From Gemmatimonadales bacterium (GTDB taxonomy: Bacteria; Gemmatimonadota; Gemmatimonadetes; Gemmatimonadales; GWC2-71-9), in assembly GCA_965249575.1 (NCBI GenBank), contig OZ252244.1, forward strand, positions 320,001 to 384,000: a stretch of 64,000 nucleotides of DNA, given 5' to 3'. The notes beneath the pieces are model-generated. The model was not told where the DNA came from and ran no database searches. It saw only the letters and a program-made list of their open reading frames with translations. Made by a program: the position numbers and the translations under genes. Shown here in pieces: positions 1-9,896 of the stretch (position 1 is its first letter; every line of letters begins with the position of its first letter).

Positions 1-1353
1 GCGGCCCGTGCCGACTTCGGTCGGGTACCAATCGACCGAGCGGTTCAACTCGACCATGCGCTCTTTGACGGCGGTCGTCCGGACGAACCACGACTCACGC
101 GCGTAGTAGATGAGAGGCGAGTCGCACCGCCAGCAGAAGGGATACGAATGCTCATGTCCCCGAGGCTCGTACCGCCCGAATAGCTTCCCCTCTCTTCGCA
201 GGCGGTCCGCGATCACGGGGTTTGCATCGAATACGGTCTCGCCGTTGATAGCATCCCATGCGGTATCGATGAACCGTCCAGAAGCATCCACGGGGTTCAC
301 AAACGCCAGATCATCCCGCTGGACGGTAGCGTAATCGTCCGCCCCGAACGCCGGTGCGAGGTGAACTAATCCAGTTCCTTCCTCTTTGGTCACGAAGTCG
401 CCTTCCACGACTCGAAAGGCCCGCCCAGCATCGACGGAAACGGCATCCAGCAGCTGTGCATATCGCCGTCCGACCAGATCAGCGCCTCGATACGCGGCGG
501 TCTGCGGAAAGTCCGCCAGCGGCTTTCCGTGCGTCGCCCCGGGAACCCCGAGCCGGGAGGCGATACTAGCCTCGACGATAACGCGGCGTCCCTCGATGTC
601 GACTTCGACGTAATCGAGATCCGGATGTACCGCCACCGCGACGTTTGACGGCAAGGTCCACGGCGTGGTCGTCCAGACCAACAGGTGGCGATGGCCTTCC
701 GCCTCGGTGTCTTCCTGCAGCCGAAACAGTACGTAGATCGACGGGCTTCGGTGGGTCGCATAGCCCAGCGCGAGCTCGTGACTCGACAGCGCCGTGCCGC
801 ATCGAGGGCAGTAGGGCAGCACCTTCTGCCCTTGATACAGGAGATCCCGTTCGTACAGTCGCTTCAGCAGCCACCACACGCTCTCGATGTACTCGTTCGT
901 GTAGGTGACATACGCCCGGTCGTACTCCAACCAGTAGCCGATTCGATCCGAGAATGATTCCCAGTCTTGCTTGTAGCGGAAGACACTCTCGCGGCACCGG
1001 CGATTGAACTCGGCGATGCCGAGCTTCTCGATGTCGGCTTTGCTGCTGATCTCGAGGGCTTTTTCTACCTCGATTTCGACCGGGAGGCCGTGCGTGTCCC
1101 AGCCAGCGATCCTCGTGACTTGCTGGCCCAACATGGTGTGGAACCGGCACACCAGATCCTTGATGGTTCGGGCAAAGACGTGATGTATTCCGGGCTTGCC
1201 GTTGGCCGTCGGAGGACCCTCGTAGAACACGAAGGGCTCCCCGCCGGCACTGGCGTCCAAGGTTTGCCGAAACAAACCCCGCGTACGCCACCGCTCGAGC
1301 ACGTCACGTTCAAGCTCGTCTGAAGTACCTTGCGTCAACGGCTGGTAGCCCAT
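1..1353 (-). CDS. ileS: Isoleucine--tRNA ligase (type 2 IleRS), N-terminal part; runs off the window start
   Basis: Manual translation from ATG at 1353 (overlaps the pnp stop, TAATG) gives MGYQPLTQ...FVFYEGPPTANGKPGIHHVFARTIKD...AGWDTHGLPVEIEVEK, which is IleRS class I motif context. Absent from the ORF track because there is no stop in the window. Confidence 0.95.
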   Translation of the reverse strand, partial: MGYQPLTQGTSDELERDVLERWRTRGLFRQTLDASAGGEPFVFYEGPPTANGKPGIHHVFARTIKDLVCRFHTMLGQQVTRIAGWDTHGLPVEIEVEKALEISSKADIEKLGIAEFNRRCRESVFRYKQDWESFSDRIGYWLEYDRAYVTYTNEYIESVWWLLKRLYERDLLYQGQKVLPYCPRCGTALSSHELALGYATHRSPSIYVLFRLQEDTEAEGHRHLLVWTTTPWTLPSNVAVAVHPDLDYVEVDIEGRRVIVEASIASRLGVPGATHGKPLADFPQTAAYRGADLVGRRYAQLLDAVSVDAGRAFRVVEGDFVTKEEGTGLVHLAPAFGADDYATVQRDDLAFVNPVDASGRFIDTAWDAINGETVFDANPVIADRLRREGKLFGRYEPRGHEHSYPFCWRCDSPLIYYARESWFVRTTAVKERMVELNRSVDWYPTEVGTGR

Positions 1354-2183
1354 TAGACCATCCGTTCCATGACCCCCGTGACCAATCGAGTCAGGCCCGG
1401 CTCGGCTCGCTGGGCAGTAGCGATGATCTCCTCGATGTTGGCGGGTTCGAGCGCATCCGGCAGGCAGAGATCCGTGATGATCGACAGCCCGAGCACCCGC
1501 ATCCCCGCGTGCACGGCTACGATGACCTCCGGCACGGTCGACATCCCAACGACATCAGCGCCGATGGCCCGCAAAAAACGGTATTCGGCCGCAGTCTCGA
1601 GGTTGGGACCAGTCACCGCGACGTAGACGCCTTCTCGGAGGACGATCTGTAGCTCGGTGGCGACGCCGCGCGCGACGCCGCGAAGCGCTGGATCGTATGG
1701 CGCCGACATGTCCGGAAACCTCGGGCCCAGCGAGTCGTCGTTTGGTCCGACGAGCGGATTGTCGCCCAGCAAGTTGATATGGTCGGCAATGAGGACGAGG
1801 TCCCCGCGCGCCCAAAGTGGATGCATCCCCCCGCACGCATTCGATACCACAAGCGATCCAGCACCCAGCGCCCGCATGACGCGCACCGGGAACGTGATCT
1901 GCTTCATGGAATAGCCTTCGTACCGGTGGAACCTCCCCTGCATCGCGACGGTGGGTCGTCCTCCCAAACTGCCCAACAGTAGGCGCCCGGCGTGCGTCTC
2001 GACGGTCGAGACGGGGAACTCCGGAATCTCCTGGTAGCTGATTTCCTCCTCGACATCCATCTCACGCGCGAGACCGCCGAGCCCGGTGCCCAGGATCACC
2101 GCGATCTCGGGCTCGAGGGACGACCGGGCGCGGACCGCCGCCACGGCCCTGGCTATCGTGTCCCGCAGTGGCAGATCCGTCAC
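1353..2183 (-). CDS. Purine-nucleoside phosphorylase (trimeric, PunA/XapA type)
   Basis: Motifs ILGTGLG, QGRFHRYEG, DHINL, GPNLET, VGMSTVPE. Confidence 0.95.
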   Translation of the reverse strand: MTDLPLRDTIARAVAAVRARSSLEPEIAVILGTGLGGLAREMDVEEEISYQEIPEFPVSTVETHAGRLLLGSLGGRPTVAMQGRFHRYEGYSMKQITFPVRVMRALGAGSLVVSNACGGMHPLWARGDLVLIADHINLLGDNPLVGPNDDSLGPRFPDMSAPYDPALRGVARGVATELQIVLREGVYVAVTGPNLETAAEYRFLRAIGADVVGMSTVPEVIVAVHAGMRVLGLSIITDLCLPDALEPANIEEIIATAQRAEPGLTRLVTGVMERMV

Positions 2184-2668
2184 GCCGTCTCCGGAGGAGT
2201 GCCGTCGCGCTCATGGGCCTCGAGGGCGTCGACCTCTGATAGGTGCCGTTCCAGCAGATTGCGGAGCGCGACCAGGTAGCCGCTGAACTGCCGTTGGGCC
2301 GCCTCAATATCATGGCGGACCGCCGCCTCGGTAGAACGTGCCTCGCGGACAATCTGATCGCCCGACATGTGCGCCTCGCGAATCATCACGTCTGCTTCGC
2401 GTTTCGCCGCCTGCTCGGCGTCGGTCCGGACCTGCTGCGCCAGCACCAACGCGTCGTTCAGAGCCTTCTCCCGCTCTCGAAACACTTTCAATTGTTCGCG
2501 GAAATTGTGTAACCGCTCATCGAGCGCCGCCCGCTCGCGGAGCTGCCGCTCTAGCTCTTCCGCCACCCGCGTCCGGAAATCCTCGACGCCAGCTGGATCA
2601 TACCCGCGAAACACGCGGCGGAACTGCTGGGTTCTGACGTCGACGGGCGTCAAATAGAACTCGTTCAC
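2180..2668 (-). CDS. DivIVA domain-containing protein
   Basis: N-terminal LTPVDVRTQQFRRVFRGYD followed by coiled coil; sits in the yggS-divIVA-ileS context. Confidence 0.9.
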   Translation of the reverse strand: MNEFYLTPVDVRTQQFRRVFRGYDPAGVEDFRTRVAEELERQLRERAALDERLHNFREQLKVFREREKALNDALVLAQQVRTDAEQAAKREADVMIREAHMSGDQIVREARSTEAAVRHDIEAAQRQFSGYLVALRNLLERHLSEVDALEAHERDGTPPETA

Positions 2669-3372
2669 GCGCGCTCCCCGAAAAGGACCGAGCCAAGTCG
2701 CACCATCGTCGCTCCCTCCGCAACGGCCGATCGGTAGTCTCCGGACATCCCCATCGAGAGCTCGGGAAGGAGGAAACCCGCCGATTCCAGACGCTCGCGG
2801 AGCTCTCGAAGCGACCTGAAGACTCGTCGCTGAGTGCGTTCATCGTCCGTGAATGGGGCCATCGTCATGAGCCCTCCGAGCTCGAGCTCCTCGTGCTGGT
2901 TGACCGCGTGGGCCACTGCCTCAGCATCGTCTGGCTCACAACCACTTTTCTGGCCCTCGCCCGCGACGTTCACCTGCATCAAGACGCGCAGCCGGTCACC
3001 GGCCGCGCCCGCCCCATCGCCGGCCCGGCGCACGGCCGCCGCCAGCGCCCCGGCCACCTTGGCCGAATCCAGCGAGTGCACGCACGCAAACCGACCGGGA
3101 ACGAACTTCGCCTTGTTCGTTTGAAGATGGCCGATGAGATGCCATCGAACCGGTACGTCGCCCGCGAGCCGCTGTTTCTCCACGGCCTCCTGCACGCGGT
3201 TCTCGCCGATGTCCGCGAGACCGGCCCGACAAGCCTCGGCGACGGCCGCCGGGGGCTGCCCCTTCGTCACCCCGATGATCGTCACGGCGCCGGCGATTCC
3301 ATGCGTGGTCTGCGCACGGGCAATTTCGTCCCTGACCCGGGCTAGATTCTCCGGAAGGGCCGTAAAGGACAT
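2665..3372 (-). CDS. yggS: YggS family PLP-binding protein
   Basis: Motifs GVTKG, GENRVQE, WHLIGHLQTNK, ELSMGMSGDY, GATMVRLG. Confidence 0.95.
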   Translation of the reverse strand: MSFTALPENLARVRDEIARAQTTHGIAGAVTIIGVTKGQPPAAVAEACRAGLADIGENRVQEAVEKQRLAGDVPVRWHLIGHLQTNKAKFVPGRFACVHSLDSAKVAGALAAAVRRAGDGAGAAGDRLRVLMQVNVAGEGQKSGCEPDDAEAVAHAVNQHEELELGGLMTMAPFTDDERTQRRVFRSLRELRERLESAGFLLPELSMGMSGDYRSAVAEGATMVRLGSVLFGERA

Positions 3373-3417
3373 AGCTGCTTAACCTAGTTGGCGCGATCGG
3401 CTGCTACAAGCTCGCCG

Positions 3418-5886
3418 CTAGCGATCGGCGACCGCCGCTGCGGTGTCATCCAGAAAGACGTCCTGTGGCACCGTGGACATCCGCCTGAGTAACTCCCCCA
3501 TCTGCGGATTGGGAGAGAGTAAGTAGGCTCGTTGGAGGTTCGCGATGCCCTTCGCGCGATCGCCAAGCAGCTCATAGGCCTGACCCAGGGAAATGAACGG
3601 AAGGCTGAGATTGCTGGCGATGTTCTTCTCAGTCGGCCCGAGGTTCAGCGTGTCCTGCTCGAGCAGCCGGGAGTAGCGATACACCTGCCACGCCAGTGAG
3701 TCGGTCCGGGGCAGGTCGAGCAGCACGCCCAGGACGCCCGGCACCAGGCGCGAGCTGTCGGGGGGAGCATCGGCGTGCAGCCGCAGGGCCAACGCGTGGT
3801 GGGTCAGGTAGTCTCCGAGGCCGACCCAGTTCCCCCGCCCGGCGGTGAGGCTGAAGTACAGGGGGCGCGCGGTCCGGTTCTCCTGAATGAGGCGGAGGAC
3901 CACGATGTCCTTCACATACAGCGGGCTATTTGCGGCATACGTGTGTTGAATGGGTCCAGCCCGGAACGTGTAGTCGGCCGGAAGCAGCTGGGGAGCCATT
4001 CGGTCGATCTCGATATCGGTCAGGCTGTGGAGTGCCGGCGGGGGCATCTCCGGAATCAACGAGGCGAAGTGTTTCACCTGATCTGGCACCAAGGGCCGCA
4101 CCGGATTTTCCCGCAGCTGGCGCACGTACCAACGCGTATTCGCCAGAGACAGGTTCACGACCGAGACGTCACGCCGAATCTCTTCCACTTCCTGCAGATA
4201 CCACAGCGGGAAGGTGTCGTTGTCCCCGTTGGTGAACACGATGCCGTACGGCTCGATGGTCTGGAGCAGATCGTACGCAAAATCGCGGGCTAGCGTAGCT
4301 TCGGGACCGTGGGCGCGGCTGGCCGCGTGGAAGTTCAAGGTGAGTGGAATCAGCGCCGCGACAAAGACCCCCGCGGGTGCGACGTTTAGCACACCGACTC
4401 GTCCGGCCGCACCGCCCAATCGTTTCCTCAATTCCCGATAGAGTCCCGCGAGCCCGATGCCGGCAAACAGCCCCCACACCTGGAACGACACCGTGAAGAA
4501 GTAATCTCGTTCGCGAACCTCGTGCATCTCACCCGAGGGAAATGCCGCCCACCCAAGCGAGAACCCCGGCTTGAAGTTCATGTATCCCATGAGGGCCGGG
4601 CCGGTCGTCAACCAGAGCAATAGCAGAAGCCAGAAGATCGACCGGTCGCGCTCACGCAACAATCGGGCGCCATAGATCCCGAGACTCGTGAACAGCAGCG
4701 TGAACGGGAGGCGAATCGGAGCGAAAACTGGAGTCGTCGGCGCCAGCCCATTCGCCCACTGCCAGTCGAAGTACTGGATGTAGTTCCGTGCCTGCAGCAA
4801 GATCAGCGCAAGTGAGCGCCCAGGGTTTTCGGGGCCGGATGGGTAAATGGGATTGTCGACCGGCGACCGTGCCGGGTACTGCTCCCGACGAATGACTTCC
4901 AAGAGTGCGTCCAACGTCGAGGGGTCGGCCTCGTTGATGAACGGACTGAGCCCAGCCCGCACGTACAGGAAGAAATATGTCGACGCCCCAACCAATGCGA
5001 TCAGGAAGACACTCACCGCGAAGATCAACGAGCCAGCACTCGCCGCGTACGCGGCAGCGACCACGAACATGACCCCGCCGATCGCCAGTAGCGATGTGCT
5101 GCCGAGCCCGGCGCCGATCAACAGCGCCCAGATCCCGGTGAGGACGGCCCATTGCGCCCAGTCGATAGGACGGGCACGCTCGTCCTCGAGCGGCTCGGTC
5201 CGCATCACATGCCACATGTATCCGATCAGCGCCGGCCCCACCAGCAGTGTGAGCAGATGGTTGCCGATCGAGACCGCAGCCAGGTACACAATGAGGAGCA
5301 GGATATGTGGCGCACGGTACGTCCCCCGTGCCTTGCGCCACGCCCAGGCCAGCCACACGATGGCGCTGATGCTGAACGCTGCCACCATGTACACCTCGGT
5401 CTCGTTCGAATTCTGCCACACGGTGAAAGCGAAGGCGGACAAGAGCGCGGCGGCCGTCGCGCCGCCGATGCGGAAGATCGGGTCGGCCGTTTCCTCACGG
5501 TGCTGGCCGTGCCCGGCGAGCGCCTGCGCGACAACCAGGAAGAACCACGCTGCGGCCGCTGCGCTGAACGTGGCGGTCATTAGGTTTGTGCGGTACGCGT
5601 ACTCCCCGATGCGAACCAGGTCGGCCCACACGTGGCCGAGCAGCACGAACAGCGGCGTACCGGGCGGGTGGGGGATGCCGAGGATTTTCGCCGTCGCGAT
5701 GAACTCGCCCGCGTCCCAGAACGTGACAGTGGGGGCAAGCGTCCACACGTATCCGGCCAGCACGGTGATGAAAACGCCCAGCGCCGGCAGGTATGGGGGG
5801 CGATCGGCCGGATGGGCCGTGCCGGCGCCGCGGTGAGGGTTGGGAGTCGCTGGTGGCCCCCCCTCGAGATTGTCCGCGCCCGTCAC
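3418..5886 (-). CDS. DUF2723 multi-pass membrane protein (TMEM260-like GT-C glycosyltransferase family) with C-terminal TPR-like helix
   Basis: Motifs TLAPTVTFWDAGEFIA, GIPHPPGTP, EVRERDYFF, FTNGDNDTFPLWY. Likely GTG start at 5886 overlapping the cdaA stop (GTGA). Confidence 0.85.
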   Translation of the reverse strand: MTGADNLEGGPPATPNPHRGAGTAHPADRPPYLPALGVFITVLAGYVWTLAPTVTFWDAGEFIATAKILGIPHPPGTPLFVLLGHVWADLVRIGEYAYRTNLMTATFSAAAAAWFFLVVAQALAGHGQHREETADPIFRIGGATAAALLSAFAFTVWQNSNETEVYMVAAFSISAIVWLAWAWRKARGTYRAPHILLLIVYLAAVSIGNHLLTLLVGPALIGYMWHVMRTEPLEDERARPIDWAQWAVLTGIWALLIGAGLGSTSLLAIGGVMFVVAAAYAASAGSLIFAVSVFLIALVGASTYFFLYVRAGLSPFINEADPSTLDALLEVIRREQYPARSPVDNPIYPSGPENPGRSLALILLQARNYIQYFDWQWANGLAPTTPVFAPIRLPFTLLFTSLGIYGARLLRERDRSIFWLLLLLWLTTGPALMGYMNFKPGFSLGWAAFPSGEMHEVRERDYFFTVSFQVWGLFAGIGLAGLYRELRKRLGGAAGRVGVLNVAPAGVFVAALIPLTLNFHAASRAHGPEATLARDFAYDLLQTIEPYGIVFTNGDNDTFPLWYLQEVEEIRRDVSVVNLSLANTRWYVRQLRENPVRPLVPDQVKHFASLIPEMPPPALHSLTDIEIDRMAPQLLPADYTFRAGPIQHTYAANSPLYVKDIVVLRLIQENRTARPLYFSLTAGRGNWVGLGDYLTHHALALRLHADAPPDSSRLVPGVLGVLLDLPRTDSLAWQVYRYSRLLEQDTLNLGPTEKNIASNLSLPFISLGQAYELLGDRAKGIANLQRAYLLSPNPQMGELLRRMSTVPQDVFLDDTAAAVADR

Positions 5887-6686
5887 GACGCGGTGGCGCC
5901 CTCGGCGGCCGCCGGCAGGGTGAGCGTTCCCGTGTGCCGACCGGCCAACACTTCCCGGACCTCCGCCGGGGACACACCTGACTGCAGCCGTCCACGGCTC
6001 GCAAATGAGATCTTCGATGTCTCCTCGGAGACCACGACGACAAGGGCATCGGTCTCTTCGGAAAGCCCCAGCGCGGCCCGGTGTCGCGTGCCCAGCGACC
6101 GATCGGCCACCGGAAACTGCGTGAGCGGGAGGACACATCCTGCTCCGACAATCTGATTCCCACGCACCAACACGGCACCGTCGTGCAGCGGGGAGTAGGG
6201 TGTGAATATGGTGGTGAGGAGGTCAGCTGAAACGACGGCCTGCATCTCGGTACCTGATTGGAGGTAGTCGTTCAGAACCACGTCGCCTTCGACCGCGATG
6301 ATGGCCCCTGTGCCGCTCCGTGCAAGTCGGTCAACTGCATCGGCGATCTCTTCCGCCGCCGAGTGCTTTCCGGCCCCGCCGAAAAAGTTGATCGCCCGCG
6401 TGCGGCCGAGGTTCGCGAGCGCGTTACGCAGCTCGGGCTGAAAAACCACCACGGCTGCGAACGCACCGTACGTAAACGCAACCCCCAGCAGCGTCGCGAT
6501 CATGTTGAACTTGAGAATCAACGCAGCGAAGTACACGACGCCCAGAACGATCAAGCCGACGAGTATCTGGAGTGCGCGCGTGCCGGCGAGGAACAGGAGC
6601 AACCGATAGATGATGAACGCGACCAGGAAAATCTCGAGCGCGTCGAGCCAGTCGGGGATGAGAAAGCTGAACTGTTCGAGCGGCAT
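5883..6686 (-). CDS. cdaA: Diadenylate cyclase CdaA/DacA
   Basis: Three N-terminal TM segments, FQPELR, PLHDGA and GTRHRAALG catalytic motifs. ATG at 6686. Confidence 0.95.
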   Translation of the reverse strand: MPLEQFSFLIPDWLDALEIFLVAFIIYRLLLFLAGTRALQILVGLIVLGVVYFAALILKFNMIATLLGVAFTYGAFAAVVVFQPELRNALANLGRTRAINFFGGAGKHSAAEEIADAVDRLARSGTGAIIAVEGDVVLNDYLQSGTEMQAVVSADLLTTIFTPYSPLHDGAVLVRGNQIVGAGCVLPLTQFPVADRSLGTRHRAALGLSEETDALVVVVSEETSKISFASRGRLQSGVSPAEVREVLAGRHTGTLTLPAAAEGATAS

Positions 6687-6687
6687 A

Positions 6688-7860
6688 TCAGACGGACGCC
6701 ACGGCGTGAGCGACGGCGAGCGCATCGACCGCCGGACCCACGCTGTGTACCCGGAACAGGCGCGCGCCGAGCCAGTACGCCGTGACGCACGCGCCCACCG
6801 TGGCGGGATCCCGCTGAGTTACCCCCTTCCCGGTCGCCGCTTCCAGAAAACGCTTTCGGGACGGACCTACCATGACCGGTTGGCCCAGCGACGCTACCGA
6901 GGAGAGTCGTGACAGAAGTTCGAAGTTCTGCTCCGGGCGCTTGGCAAAACCGAATCCCGGGTCTAGCGCCAGCTTGGACACCGCGACTCCGCGGGATCGA
7001 GCCCTGTCGACGGACTCACTGAGCTCCTGTGCCACGTCTCCCGCGACGTTCCGATAGGTCGCGTGAACATAGGTTGCCATGTCCTCAACTGAGCCGCGGG
7101 AATGCATGAGTGCGAGGCCGGCTCCATGCTCGGCACAGGCGTCGGCGATCCCGGGGTCGAGACGGAGTCCCGAGACATCGTTGATTGCCCACGCACCCGC
7201 GTCTAGGGCACGCCGCGCCGTTTCGGACTTGACCGTGTCGACGCTCAGCGGAACGTCGGGAAACCGACGGACCAGCTCGCCGAGCACCGGCGCCAGGCGT
7301 TCCCACTCCTGTGTCGCGAGCACGGGGTCGGGTCTGCCGGGCCGCGTGGACTCCGCTCCCACATCGAGCATTCCTGCCCCCTGGCGCAGCATTTCCTCCG
7401 CGTGCTCGAGCGCCGCGGCCGTCTCTGCATAGCGGCCGCCGTCGCTGAAGGAGTCTGGCGTGAGGTTCAGGATTCCAACGACGACTGGGCGCTCCAGGGA
7501 CAGGGAGCTCCGGGCAAGATCCCAACTCGCAGGCGGATCGAAGACCGGGGCGAGGAACCGGCCGAGATTCTCAAGGACGTCGGTCGGCAAACCCAGGGCG
7601 TCCGCCCTCGTGAGGCTCGCGACCGACGACGCGCTTCCAGCGACGAGGGCCCAGCCGTCACCCGTGAGGCACTGCATGCCGCGCTCCCGCGCGGCGTGGG
7701 CCACGCCGTCGCGTGTAAAGCTGTTGAGATCGTCGAGCAGGAGCGCCACCGGTTGGAGCCCAGCAGCTACCGCCTCAGCTCGTACGGCATCTACACCCCG
7801 CCGCACCAGCGCGCCCCGAACCGCGGAGGGACTGTGCGAGGCGAGGTGGATGACACTCAC
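6688..7860 (-). CDS. folP: Dihydropteroate synthase with N-terminal extension
   Basis: Motifs GILNLTPDSFSDGG, GAESTRPG, DPGFGFAK, SRKRF, RVH. Confidence 0.95.
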   Translation of the reverse strand: MSVIHLASHSPSAVRGALVRRGVDAVRAEAVAAGLQPVALLLDDLNSFTRDGVAHAARERGMQCLTGDGWALVAGSASSVASLTRADALGLPTDVLENLGRFLAPVFDPPASWDLARSSLSLERPVVVGILNLTPDSFSDGGRYAETAAALEHAEEMLRQGAGMLDVGAESTRPGRPDPVLATQEWERLAPVLGELVRRFPDVPLSVDTVKSETARRALDAGAWAINDVSGLRLDPGIADACAEHGAGLALMHSRGSVEDMATYVHATYRNVAGDVAQELSESVDRARSRGVAVSKLALDPGFGFAKRPEQNFELLSRLSSVASLGQPVMVGPSRKRFLEAATGKGVTQRDPATVGACVTAYWLGARLFRVHSVGPAVDALAVAHAVASV

Positions 7861-9839
7861 GCGCCAGCTGGCTCGGCGGGAGGCGTCCCGAGGATTGGAC
7901 CGGGCCCACCGGCAGGGGCGGCGTCGACCTGTGTCTTCTCATCGGCGGGCTCAGGCGCTGCCGACGGCACAAGCGGTGGCAGGTCCTTCCCGCTCACAAC
8001 AAGCCGGACATCGTCCCGCTCGAGCGTTTCCCGCTCGAGCAACGCGGCGGCCATGCGGTGCAGGATGTCCATGTTGGATTCCAGGAGCTTGCGCGCTAGC
8101 TTGAACGCCTCGCTGAGAATTCTCTTGACCTCCTGATCGACCAACTCGGCGGTCTTCTCGGACACCTCGTGGCGCTGAGTGATTTCACGACCCAAAAAGA
8201 TCTGCTGCTCGCGATCTCCGACGGCGATGGGTCCCACCACGTCGCTCATCCCGAACTGAGTCACCATACGGCGGGCCATCTCGGTGGCCTGCTGAATGTC
8301 CTGCGCCGCACCGGTGGTGACCTTCTCCGGCCCAAATATCAACTCCTCGGCCACCCGCCCGCCGTACGCCATGGCCAACCGCCCGAGGATGTACTCCTTG
8401 GTGTAGTTGTGCCGGTCCTCCTCGGGCAGCGAAAACGTGATCCCGAGCGCCTGGCCCCGCGGTACGATCGTTACTTTGTGCACCGGGTCCAGACCGGGAA
8501 TCTTCACGCTCACGAGCGCATGTCCCGCCTCGTGATACGCCGTGAGCTTCCTCTCCTCGTCCGAGAGGACGAGGCTCCTGCGTTCGACGCCGAGCATGAC
8601 CTTGTCCTTGGCATCGTCCAGATCCGCCATCTCTACACGCTGCTTGTTTCGGCGCGCCGCCAGGAGCGCCGCCTCGTTCACGATGTTGGCCAGATCGGCG
8701 CCGGCCAAGCCCGGAGTCGCCTTGGCGACGATGTCGAGCTTCACGTCCTCTGCTAGTGGTATTTTTCGAGCATGCACCTTGAGGATCATCTCACGTCCCC
8801 GCACGTCTGGCATGTCGACGACGACCTGCCGGTCGAAACGGCCCGGGCGCAGGAGCGCGGGATCGAGCACGTCGGGGCGGTTGGTCGCAGCGATCAATAT
8901 CACGCCTTCGTTCGACTCGAACCCATCCATTTCGACCAGGAGCTGGTTCAACGTCTGCTCACGCTCGTCGTGCCCGCCCCCAACGCCTGCGCCCCGGTGC
9001 CGGCCAACGGCGTCGATCTCGTCAATGAAGATGATGCAGGGAGCGTGTGCTTTGCCCTGCTCGAACAAGTCGCGCACGCGCGAGGCGCCCACGCCGACGA
9101 ACATCTCCACGAAATCGGAGCCCGACATGGAGAAAAAGGGCCGCGCCGCCTCGCCAGCGACCGCGCGCGCGAGCAGGGTTTTGCCCGTGCCCGGGGGGCC
9201 CACCAAGAGCACGCCCTTGGGCAAGCGTCCCCCCAGTCGCTGGAATTTCTGGGGGTCCTTCAGAAACTCGATGATTTCCTCTAGCTCCACCTTGGCTTCG
9301 TCGGCTCCAGCGACGTCCGCGAACGTGATCTTGGGCGTGTCGCCGGTCAGCAACTTCGCCTTCGACTTGCCGAATGCGAAGGCGCGGTTTCCTCCCTGCT
9401 GGACTTGGCGGAAGAAGAACAGCCACAGGCCAATCAGAATGACCCAGGGAAGCAGTTGCAGGAACACGGCTCCGAAGGACGGCTTCGGCTCCTTGGCGTC
9501 GATCGGAATGCTCTTCTCCTCCAGCCGCTGCAGAAAGAGCTCGGAGTCTTGGATGGGAAGGACCACGCTGAACCGCTCGATTTGGCGCCCCTGCACCGCG
9601 ATTGGCGACTTGAACTCCCCTTTGACGAACTTCCCACTCGTGATCTCGATCTCGGCGATGTTCCCCCGCTCGAGTTCCCGCCCGAATGTCGAGTACGTGA
9701 CCTCCAAGAAGTCCTCACGCCCCGCGCCCACCATCTGATAGAACGCAATGGGGACGAGCACGATCAGGAGCCAAAACACCAGGTTCTTGCTGAGGGCACC
9801 CCAGCTGAACTTCCGATTGGGGGGTGGGCGTTCAGACAT
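7857..9839 (-). CDS. ftsH: ATP-dependent zinc metalloprotease FtsH
   Basis: Two TM segments, Walker A GPPGTGKT, Walker B FIDEID, SRH region [14 protein letters not shown] zinc motif. Confidence 0.98.
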   Translation of the reverse strand: MSERPPPNRKFSWGALSKNLVFWLLIVLVPIAFYQMVGAGREDFLEVTYSTFGRELERGNIAEIEITSGKFVKGEFKSPIAVQGRQIERFSVVLPIQDSELFLQRLEEKSIPIDAKEPKPSFGAVFLQLLPWVILIGLWLFFFRQVQQGGNRAFAFGKSKAKLLTGDTPKITFADVAGADEAKVELEEIIEFLKDPQKFQRLGGRLPKGVLLVGPPGTGKTLLARAVAGEAARPFFSMSGSDFVEMFVGVGASRVRDLFEQGKAHAPCIIFIDEIDAVGRHRGAGVGGGHDEREQTLNQLLVEMDGFESNEGVILIAATNRPDVLDPALLRPGRFDRQVVVDMPDVRGREMILKVHARKIPLAEDVKLDIVAKATPGLAGADLANIVNEAALLAARRNKQRVEMADLDDAKDKVMLGVERRSLVLSDEERKLTAYHEAGHALVSVKIPGLDPVHKVTIVPRGQALGITFSLPEEDRHNYTKEYILGRLAMAYGGRVAEELIFGPEKVTTGAAQDIQQATEMARRMVTQFGMSDVVGPIAVGDREQQIFLGREITQRHEVSEKTAELVDQEVKRILSEAFKLARKLLESNMDILHRMAAALLERETLERDDVRLVVSGKDLPPLVPSAAPEPADEKTQVDAAPAGGPGPILGTPPAEPAGA

Positions 9840-9896
9840 GTAAACCTTCGAGTTCAGGAAACGGACTGATGGTGAGCAGGGGTCCGACGGCTCCTG

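Noticed and set aside
8542..9738. Long antisense or overlapping ORFs (also 4847-5836, 13257-14258, 35068-36387, 44110-45324, 57972-59144, 61665-62966)
   Set aside because: Shadow ORFs expected at high GC. They overlap well-supported genes and show no motifs.
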